Positions 53,665 through 64,000 of a stretch of 64,000 bases of DNA are shown here, piece by piece. The DNA comes from Lama glama. Its lineage: Eukaryota. Under the pieces are notes generated by a model. That model saw only the letters and a list, made by a program, of their open reading frames with translations. It did no database searches and was not told the DNA's origin. Within the stretch, counting starts at the first letter, position 1. Every line of letters starts with the position of its first letter. The stretch spans positions 29,762,001 through 29,826,000 of the forward strand of contig CM052818.1 of the NCBI GenBank assembly GCA_028534125.1, in the 5' to 3' direction. The position numbers and the translations under genes are program-made.

Positions 53665-53724
53665 ATTATTTTTTTTTAACATTTTTTACTGATTTATAAT
53701 CATTTTACAATGTTGTGTCAAATT
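53665..53724 (-). mobile_element. 60-bp ultra-truncated young L1 3' tip
   Basis: Reverse complement aatttgacacaacattgtaaaatgattataaatcagtaaaaaatgttaaaaaaaaa matches 57797-57845; TSD aggggtggtaaaatt (53650-53664) / aggggtagtaaaatt (53725-53739). Confidence 0.88.
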
Positions 53725-56274
53725 AGGGGTAGTAAAATTCTCCAATACATTTCCAGCTATTGGAAGTGCAGGAGATTGGAAAGATCGAGGCTGAACTTAT
53801 TTTATCCTGAATCATCATTTTCAGTAAAGCAACTGTTTCATTTGTGTCTTGTCTTTCTTTTGGAATAAGTGCCTCTCAGACATGAGTTAGCAAGACGATT
53901 CGGCATACCTGATATACCCGTCTAAGTCAACTAAAATCAGCAACATCTTGATGACTTCGTAACTCTTTATGATGTAGAGGTAACAGCTTTTCAAAACAGC
54001 CTGTGAACAGTTATCTTCTTTCATTTTATTAATTTCATCAAAAATAAGGGGGGAAGATGGATACACACATTCTGGAGTGAGACATAACTTATGATAGCAT
54101 AAGTCTATCCCACAGAGCTGTGGTGACAATTAACTTAGCTAATATGTGTCAACTGCTCAGCACAGTATCTGGCACATAGCAAGCCCTCACTAAATGTTAG
54201 TTATTATTTGACCTGTTCTATGTGTCTTGGGAAGCACAAGAGAATAAAAGAGATAAAACAGAAATGTCTTCTTCCTTCAATGCCTCTGTACTAGACCCAA
54301 CCAAAGTCTACCTCTGATGGAAGGCCAGGGGCCCAGACCCCACCCTTAGGAGTCCTTATATAAACCCAACTCCTGCAGGTACCAAGCATAAAAGGATGAT
54401 CAGGGTTTCCTCAGGATACCAAGAGCCAGCCTGGTTAGCCAACTGTTACTAATCTTTAGCAGCTATGAAGGATTGCTATGGGTCAAAATATAGATTTAGA
54501 AGGGAAACCCCACTCACATCAGAAAGAAAAGATCAGCTAGGAAGTGGAGACAGACGACAGAAGACTAATGGGATGGGACTGACCGAGTAAGCCAACCCTA
54601 ATACAACGTAGGAAGAGCTGAGGCGGCGGCAGCAGCCCCAGCGGCACAGGAAGCAGATGGACGGCCTGGAGCATCACCTGTTCCGGTCTCATCAGGCAGG
54701 ACCTTTCTGGTCCATGTGCAGCTTACTCAGCCTCATCTCCAGATCTTCTCTAAGGTCCCCTCTTGCTCTGACAGTTTGTATTTCTAAAGAAGGCTGGAGT
54801 GAGTGAGGGGTGCTGGATTTGAGTGTTTTATGCATATTTTCTTCAATGTGAAAGGGGAAAAAAAAGAATTTATTTCAAGTGTAAAATGGAATATACTACC
54901 AATGGAAATTATTTACATTCTCCTTGAGATTTTAGAACAGGCTTCATGAGGTTTTCTTTGTAAAGAAGGGTCTTCTAAAAAATAACAGTTGAGGTAAACA
55001 AGAGGCAGGCAGTTTGGAATCTCTGCCTTTCCTCAGTGGTTCGGCAACATACTGAGGTCTGTTCAGAGCCCCATCAGTGCCCTTTGCCAAGGGGCTAAGC
55101 GCAGAAGAGAAAGAACCGTCACAATGGTGAGCAGGACAAGTACTGGACTGCCAGGGCACTGTGCAAACAGATTTGCCAGGGTTCCTATCCGCTCTAGGAT
55201 ACAAAATGCTGCTGCGCCTCCATTCACGTTTTAATATTCACATTTTAGCTGATCTTTAGTTTATAAAATTCAAGTCCCTTCTCTCTATAATGGATGGTCA
55301 ATGTACAACAGTTAGAAAGGACACACACACACACACACACACAACCCAGAAAAATAAAAGGAATTGAAGGGGTCAACAAACATAGCTCCTGTAAGTAGAC
55401 ATATGGTTCTACTGGAGGCCACCGATCTTTAAGTGAATTGCCCAGAACCTGAGCTTTAAAGCAATTTAAGACAATTATACAACTGGATATGCAAGAACAT
55501 GCATAAAGGTCAAGGGCTGGGGCTGAAAACACACGCCTAGATGGGGTAAATTTTGAAACAGCTGGAATACACATATAATAAGTCATAACAGTAGTGAGGT
55601 ATTATCATATGTTAGATGTTATTTCTGTTTTTTCATAATCCCAAATTCACCACTGCAAATAAAGTATTACATTTTTGAGCCCCCTGACATTGTATAAGCT
55701 CCTGTTTCATACATTCTCTTCAACCACAGTTAAACCCACAAGGTCTTTGCACTTAATCCTATTGAATGACAAAAATAGAGGGTTCAAGTCTCCCATGGTT
55801 TCTGAAAAGATATAGTATTTTTGTACTGTGTTAAGAGTCAATCAGGCCGAACTTCATCTCAAGATGAAGGCTATCTCATTCAACAGTGCAAAGAAAATGT
55901 TAGTCTTCACTCTGTATCATTCAAGCAATCTGAAAGTATGCAGTAAATGATTGTTCAATGACTGAATAAAGGAGTATGGGATTTAATCCAGCTATTACAT
56001 TGAGAATCAAACTAATAAACAACATGAGCATCTTTCTATTTAGTTTCTGCAAGCTAACTACACATGTGTAAATCATATATCAGATTTTCATAACTGAGTC
56101 ACAGTAATATTCAGTCTATGATTACATAAACATATTTGAGATTGGAATGCCAGAATTAATATGCAATTAAAAATATTTGACTCTTTTTATATATTACATA
56201 TGTTTAACAAAATTTTCCTGTGTATAGTCAAGGAAACAATTTATATCATATAATCAAGTATTAGTATCAACTCA

Positions 56275-56547
<273 letters not shown>

Positions 56548-56659
56548 TTAACGTGGACTTCCTGTCAGTCCTTAATCACTCACATTAGTAAATAGAATCA
56601 GAAGTCCATACAACCCCAAACCACCTCAAAGTTCCCTAACAGGAAATGGTAAACAAAAA

Positions 56660-58780
56660 CGGAGAAATGAAACAAGAACAGGGAGATATGAATGAAAACC
56701 AACTGGAAATTCATGAATTAAAAGAAACAAACAAACAAACCAAAAAATCTCAACAGGTGACAAAAACTAGATTACACACAGTCAAAGAAAGAGTATGATG
56801 AACTGGAAGACAAGAGTGAGCAATTCACACAAAATTCAGATTAAAAAAAAAAAAGAGTAGTCAAGAGACAGAGGAAAGAATGAGAAGTAAAGTTCAAACA
56901 CACATTTGATAGACATTCCAGAGTAAACAAACGCAGAAAATGGCAGAACGTTACGTTTGAAAGAGATAATAGTTGAGCATTTTCCAGAACTGAATGAACA
57001 TCTAAATTCTATGATCAAAAGTATATTTTGTGTACCAAGCATTACATGAAACCTAGACACAGTATATGAAATTGCAGAACATAAAGATTATTCTAAAACC
57101 TACGAAAGAATGACAATTAGAGAACAGCAGATATTTCATTAGCAGCAAAAGATGGCAGGGGACAACATAATACTACCTTTGAAGTGTTAAGGGAGATAAC
57201 TGACAGCCCCAAATTTTATAATCAACAAAATTTACAGTATAATCTTGTTTATCTATTCTACATTTTAAAATCCCAGTCTGTCCCTTCCCACTCCCTGCCC
57301 CCTGGGCAACCTCAAGTTTATATTCTACATCTATGAGTCTGTTTCTGTTTTGTATTTATGTTTTGTTTATTTTAGACTCCACATATGAGCGATCTCATAT
57401 GGTATTTTTCTTTCTCTTTCTGGCTTACTTCACTTAGAATGACATTCTCCAGGAACATCCATGTTGCTGCAAATGGTGTTATGTTGTCGGTTTTTATGGC
57501 TGAATAGTATTCCATTGTATAAATATACCACATCTTCTTTATCCAGTGTTCTGTTTATCGACATTTAGGCTGTTTCCATGTCTTGGCTATTGTAAATAGT
57601 GCTGCTATGAACATGGGGTGCAGGTGTCATTCTGAAGTAGTGTTCCTTCTGGATATATGCCTAGGAATGGGATTCCTGGGTCATATGCTAAGTCTATTCC
57701 TAGCCTTTTGAGGAATCTCCATACTGTTTACCATAGCAAAAAAAATGTGACAAGGAATATATATATATATAACTGAAAAATTGTGCTCTACACTGGAATT
57801 TGACACAACATTGCAAAATGACTATAACTCAATAAAAAATATAAACAAAAACAAAAACAAAATTTACCACTCTAGAGTAAATGCAAAATCAAAATATTTA
57901 AGATGTACAAAGACTAGGAAAGTTTACCACCTACTGACCCTAACTTAAATGAACTATTAAAAGATCTCCTATTGCAAAAATAAAAGGGACTTCAAAGAGA
58001 AGAAAAGAGATACAAAAAATGATCAATGGTGAGAACAGAAATTGATGAAGTGTGTCAGTAAATTTAAATAATTATTGACAACAAAAAATATTATGAGTTG
58101 TGTTTTAAAAAGGTAAAACTAAAAGTATATAGACCATATTCCCTGCAATTAAATAAGAAATCAATAGTAAGTAGACAGTTTAAAAAATACGTTTGCAAAT
58201 TTAAAAATGCACTCCTGAAAAAAAAAAAAAAGAAAAATGCACAGTCAGGGAGCAGGGGAGAAACTCATTAAAAAGTACAAAATATTTAGAATTTAATGAA
58301 AGCACCATATATCACCATCTGCAGGATACAGGTGAAACAGTATTTAGAGAGAAATTTATGATTTTATATGTATTGACTATAATATATGAAGGATGGAAAA
58401 TAAATGAGTTAAAACATTCAACTTAATTTGGTAGAAGAAAACCAAATAAACCTAGAAAAGAAAAAAAGACTAGAGATATGAAATAAACATATAAAGAAAG
58501 AATAGAAAGGATCAAGAAAACCAAAAGACAGACAAATGTCTAACTAAATTCCATTTAGAATTTATAAAAATGGCACAAATAAGATTAGTAATTTTTTAAA
58601 AATCCTAAGAGAATACCATGAACATATTATGTAAAATGAGTTAAAACCAGAAAAGTCAAATAAATCAATAAAAATTAAAACCAGGCTAGGCAGATAAGGC
58701 TTACCAAACCATCACAGAATCCTTGCCTTATCCAAGCCACTTAAGAAAATAGAAAAGACTATTAAAAACTTGATAGTGAC
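56660..58780 (+). mobile_element. Old A-rich L1/HAL1-like remnant hosting the inverted young L1
   Basis: Degraded ORF1/ORF2-like motifs (gaactggaagacaag...; ttttccagaactgaatgaa; aaaacagtatttagagagaaatttat-like). Confidence 0.6.
57236..57855. mobile_element. Young 5'-inverted (twin-primed) L1: inverted arm 57236-~57735 (-), 3' arm ~57733-57855 (+)
   Basis: Perfect 12-bp TSD aacaaaatttac at 57224-57235 and 57856-57867; the arms are non-overlapping, adjacent L1 segments in opposite orientation. Confidence 0.92.
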
Positions 58781-60659
58781 AAGGATATCAATATAACTTC
58801 AAGTAGCCTATTCTCAAAGTTAAACATCTCAGCCACCAAAAAGATTCTTAATGCTTTACTCTACTGGTTGGACAAACACTATAGCTCCCTTATAGATCAT
58901 AAATGTTTGACTGGACAATTACAGTAACCTCTTTCAAAGGTATGCTATCAATCTCCCTTTCTAGTAGCCATTTTGAATTTGCTAACTTCAGACTACAAGG
59001 TCTACCTCCCTTTCCCTCTTCTTCTCTACTGACTTCCAGGCAAATTTTAGAGGGGCTGGTGAGGGTTCTTCTGGCTGACATAGGCCATTGCTCTGAGAGT
59101 CACCCCTTAAGCACTTAAAATAAGTGTGCCTGTATCATCAGTAACTTTCCCCACAAGTCACTGAACACACAAGTCATTTACTCAATCTCTAATACTCCTA
59201 CAGTACCAATCAAAACAACTTCACAATTAAGTCCTTTCAGTCTTTTCATAACAACCAACTGACTGCAGTTTAGGTTTTTACTCTCCATGTTAAACAATTT
59301 ACCTAAAGTTGTCATGGAGTGTACTGATTCCTTTATCCTTTGGCCCACCCTCGTTTATAGTTATAAATGAAAGTACCCTTGCTTTAACACTTTTTCAAAT
59401 TCAGCCATAAGTTGCTTCTATGGGATTTTTTTTTCCCTTCTTTTTTCCTTTCTCTACCCCACTCCCTATGTCCACCTCATCATGTGACAGCAACTGCCTT
59501 CGACAGTGGTGGACTGAGGGTCCCCAGGTCTCCCATCCATACGGGAGTGAGGAGGAAGTTATCCCATCTGAAAGGAACTCAGCAGGCAGCGATCCACGCT
59601 GGGAGGAGTACCCTTTTTCTGTATGTCCTCCCATCCTCCAATCACAATTTCCTGGCCAAAAAATTCTTGCAATAAAATTCTTTTTCAGAAAGTATGACTT
59701 CTTTATAAGGAGCTTCAATTCTGGATTCACTTATCAAGTCCACAACAGTTGTGATACTGCACCATGACAGTTATATAGGAAGACGGAAAATCTTCCCTAG
59801 GGACTCGTAGGGACATGATGCCTAAAGAAATCAGACAAAACAGCAAAAAAAGCTGTTCAGTGAAGAACCTGGTGATAGCAGAGGGGGAGACAAGATAGTT
59901 TAAAGGGTCATTTTAAGCCACAGATAGATTCTTTTGAGAGGAGCAGTAATAACTGCCCCTGAAGTAAAATCTCATGAGTCAAAAATGAGCTATGTCCGGA
60001 GCAGCAAAGAAAGCAAAGAGTAAAAAGGCAAGAATAAAGAATGATTTACCTCTGACTTTATAACCTCACTTTTACACAAAAACCTATTCATGGAGCTTCA
60101 GGAAGATTAAAAAAAAGCGTCAAAAAGAAGCTGGGGAACAATGTGCAAGAACCACTGAGAGAAAGCAACTAGAATTCTTCAGATTAATGGGCTGGAGGAC
60201 AATGCAGAGTATCAAGTGCCTTGCTACATACAAAATCATCAGGGTTACAAGAAAACCCAATGAGTTCATTCCACAAGTATGTCAGGGATTTCCCCTGCCT
60301 TTAGATTTAAACCAAAAAGGTCTCTACTGAGTTTTAACACAATCAGTCCTAATCACGAACACAACATTATTTTCCAAAGAGAGTGACAGAACAAACAGTG
60401 CTTTATTTATATAGACTGTCATCCAAGAGGAACAGAAGCATTTCATGATCTCGACGTAATGTGGATTTAATATCTTCAGAAATACTTGTGAATCCACAAA
60501 GAATAATTAAATTAAGTTTGAAAATAAAGCCAAATAAAAATGGAAATATAACCACCCTTTAATTCATTTCTTCAAAATTGAGGCAACAGCCACCCTTCCC
60601 TTTCCTTAGCTTTCTGGCCGGTCAGTAAGCCCAGTTGGTTGTCCCCTTAATAAACTGGC

Positions 60660-61105
60660 CTCCATCTGCCCCTTCTTCTTCCAGTCTCGTTATCTCCTGC
60701 CTGGATTGTTACAACAGCTGTCTCCTAACTGGCTTCCCAGCCTCCAGTTTCCTCTCTCGTCTGCCACCAAATAAATCTTCCTAAAAAGCTTCTTTCTTTA
60801 TGAAATTACCCTACTGAAATCTCTGGCTTCCTATTACCAGCAGCATAGTCTCAACTAGTTAGTCAGATGATCAGAACACGCTGCCATTTGACCCCAACCG
60901 ACCTTTCCAACCTCATCTCTCCCGGTGAATCTCACCAGAGTCTCAAGCTGGACTGTTCTACTTCCTGCCTCCTGAAGTGTGGCATTCGTGCCTGTCACTC
61001 TGCACTTGGTCCCACTCCTCTTGCTGAAAGACTTTCCTCTCTCCCCTCTACCCATTCTTCAAATTTTAGCTTGAATCCATCCTTCTCTCAGAAGCATTTC
61101 TGACC
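60660..61105. mobile_element. L2 LINE fragment (other L2 relics near 1100-1540, 17380-17720, 40190-40640, 42100-42480)
   Basis: atctcctgcctggattgttacaacagc...tcctaactggcttccc; ccttctctcagaagcatttctgacc. Confidence 0.6.
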
Positions 61106-61679
61106 GAGCATCATACACCTTCTCTCTTCTGAGATCCTCACAGGACTACGTGAGTGGCTCAGAATAAGGGTTCTATGAATATCACCTGCTACTATCATAG
61201 CCCTCTCTGTATTTCTCACTTGACATTTACTACATACCACTTATATTATTAGTCAATTTTTCAGAATAATATGGTATAATATCTTATTTTCTAAACCCAT
61301 ACACCCTGAAGACATTGGTTCACTCTTATATTTCTCAGTAATGTCCAGTGCATGGTAAGCAATCAATAATAAGAATTTATCAGTTGAGCTGACTGGCTAA
61401 AGGCATGCTTGCTTTTATCATGCAATGAAATTTAGGATACAAAACTTCAGTCTCAAAGATTACAAATAATATTTCTTATTTTATTACATATTAAATGTTT
61501 TTAAGAAATAAACTACATTTAGAATTCAGATGGCTATATTAAGTCATTCTAACTCAAAGATATGGGCAGGCGAGGGAAAAAGATAAAGCATAAGGCACAA
61601 TGTTTCAGTGTTCAGTTGAAGAAAATCTCATTCATTTATTTTGGAAGCAAAGTTCTTCATATTTTTCTGAGGTACTTAC

Positions 61680-61732
61680 TTTTGTTTTAATCGGATATAG
61701 GAAGTTGATAAATTGTTCCAAGCTTCAGCATT
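61680..61732 (-). CDS. TTC27: TTC27 coding exon (53 bp), NAEAWNNLSTSYIRLKQ(K), TPR helix
   Basis: Minus strand catttcag|AATGCTGAAGCTTGGAAC...TTAAAACAAAA|gtaagt. Ends in phase 2, matching the next exon. Not in the supplied ORF track. Confidence 0.93.
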
Positions 61733-62339
61733 CTGAAATGATAGAGAACCCATTTATAGATTGCTCTCATTTAGGGATAATAATTGTTACAACCAAAAAC
61801 ATAATATATTTTCCTAGTCTAAGATGTGCTCTTTACAATCACGATTTTCAAAAAAGTATATTTAAAAGTATACGAGAAAATTAAATAAACTTAACATTTA
61901 TAATTTAGAACAAAAACAAAACAACAAAATGATATAACTATTATATCATAACTTGGAATTTAGTTAAGATTTTATTTCCAAATTTAGAGTTAACAAAACA
62001 GCTGGACAATTTACAATGTAATATATACAATGTACAGATTTATTACAAATTCAAAGCATGAGTTTCTATCCTAAAAGGCTTTCCTTTTTTACCGTCATCT
62101 TTCATCAGATAGGAGAATAAAGGAGTATGTGTTTTCCAGTGTTATGCCTAAGTATTTCATCAATCAAACATATTTTTCTACCTATTCTTCTATGTAATGA
62201 CAGAAATAAATTAAAACCTCTGTATAAATGTTGAGTCTCAAAAGAAAGATATAAATTATGTATGTTCCTCTTTGTTCCACCTTTTATAAAATATAGAGTA
62301 TATAGTTCTCAAATACCATACATATGATTTTAAAATTAA

Positions 62340-64000
62340 ACAGCAATGGACCCCTGCTTACAGACATAGCACAGTTAGTACCAGGCCAGCTATATCACCA
62401 CAGAAAGTTACAAACGGAACAAAAGTTAGGCAACAACTGTTTTTGAGACGCTGGACAACGGGAAGCACAGGATTGTGAGCCTTGAGAGAAGGGCTGTTGA
62501 GATGTCTCGTCAAGCAACCTACACGTTTATCAGGAGGCACAGAATGGCAGAAACCAAACACAGCATTGCAAGTCTTAATGAGACGAAGGGAAAAAGAGCA
62601 GCGTTTAGGGCTTCAATTTGCAGGACAAAAAATCAGGGATGAGAAATTTTGCAGAGAATAAGCTCAGGAATCTCAATAAGCATCTCCCTGAGTCCCTGGC
62701 TGATTAGTAAGCTGTACATGTACAGGGCAAAACTTCTTACAGACAGGCGGAGAACAACGACCAGAGAGCTGTGAGCTGAACGGAGAGTCTAGAGGTCACA
62801 CAGTGCTGGCAGTTATTCAAGTTCCAACCAACCAGAGTGGAGAATTCTCATTGATCACCTATGGGATTAAGTTCAGACCTCAAAAGGTTATACCTTAAGG
62901 GAAGGGTGACTGCAACTCTAGAATAAGGACAACTCCAGACCCACCCTAAGCTTAAAATCAAGCTGATCCACAAATGAATTAACCAAATATCAAAATAAAA
63001 CTCTACCTTCCTCAAGGGAAGACAACAAAACCGAAAAACTCAACAACATAGCATCCACAAGTGTAGGATATAATAATTAAAAAAAAAAGTTGGTAGACAG
63101 GCAAACAAGCAGGAAAATTCACCCACAATCAAAGTAAAAATTGGTTAATAGAAACAGATAGAAATTAAAGAGATGTTGGAATAACCACACAAAAACTTCA
63201 AAACAGTTGTTATAAATATAATCAAAGATTTGAAGAAAACATGAAGATACTAAGGGAACAATGAGCAATCTCTTAAAAGAAACATGGAAACTGTAACAAG
63301 AACCAAATAAAAATCCTTGAACTGAAAAAATACATTACCTGAAATGATGTTTAGGTTTTTTTAAATTGAGATGTAATTGAGATATAATACTGTGTTAGTT
63401 TTAGGTGTACTATGTAATGATTTGATGTATCTGTATGTGGTGAAGTGACTACCACAATAAGTTTACTGAATATCCACCACCACACAGAGTCTGATTAAGT
63501 CTGAATAGGCTTAACAGCAGATCTGACACAAGCGTAAGAGCTAAAACAATAGAACCTTCAGAGGAAAAGATAAGGCAATCTTCATAACCTTGGATCTGGA
63601 AATAGATTCTTCCATATGAAACCAAAAGGACAAGCAACAGCAGAAAAAATAGATAAGCTGGACCTTATAAAAACTAAAAACTTTCGTACCTCAAAACACA
63701 CTCTCAAGAAAGTGAAAAACGACTTACAGAATGAAAGAAAATATCTGCAAATCATATGTCTGATATAGGACTCGTATCAAGGATATATAAAGAATTTTTA
63801 CAACTCAAACATAAAAAGACAAATAACCCAAATGGGCAAAGGATGTCAATACACATTCCTCCAAAGATGACATAAAATGACCAACAAGCACATGGAAAGA
63901 TGCTCCGCATCACTAGCCATGAAGGAAATTCAAACTGAAGCCACAATGAAATATCCCACCTACTAGGATGGCTATAATCAAGACGATAATAACAAGTGTT
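62340..64000 (+). mobile_element. Old L1 pieces: 5'/ORF1-like region (~62340-63345, 63490-63530), a short antisense L1 3' tip (~63355-63488) and ORF2 (~63535-64000, runs off the window)
   Basis: ttaaattgagatgtaattgagatataatactgtgttagttttaggtgtac (antisense tip); aaaatatctgcaaatcatatgtctgata...aaatgggcaaagga...aagcacatggaaagatgctc (ORF2). Confidence 0.75.

Noticed and set aside
54600..54690. GC-rich patch (ggcggcggcagcagc) as a CpG island or promoter
   Set aside because: Under 100 bp with few CpGs; no CpG island is evident in the window.
59401..59767. Three overlapping ORFs in an intron
   Set aside because: No recognisable homology, and the flanking exons already join in frame.

Overview
Mammalian genomic DNA, very probably camelid (alpaca/camel), judged from two camelid-type tRNA-derived SINEs (Vic-1-like) and the young L1 3' ends. 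The only protein-coding content is the 3' part of TTC27 (tetratricopeptide repeat domain 27) on the minus strand. Six GT-AG exons (61732-61680, 56470-56305, 39996-39799, 38502-38391, 35032-34932, 30672-30550) splice in frame to 753 nt, i.e. 250 C-terminal residues plus TGA, followed by two AATAAA signals. Positions 1-~30300 are downstream intergenic DNA (towards LTBP1 if human synteny holds; LTBP1 itself is not visible). The rest is ordinary L1/L2/MIR/MaLR/ERVL/hAT repeats, microsatellites and a 500-N gap. I did not find a new biological system. The most notable observations are a consensus-like 5' splice site inside the terminal coding exon just upstream of the poly(A) signals, a fully resolvable twin-primed (5'-inverted) L1, a 60-bp L1 stub with a 15-bp TSD, a nested TE stack and two motif-rich candidate enhancers. 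Repeat subfamily names come from pattern recognition, not a database search, and old-repeat boundaries are approximate.
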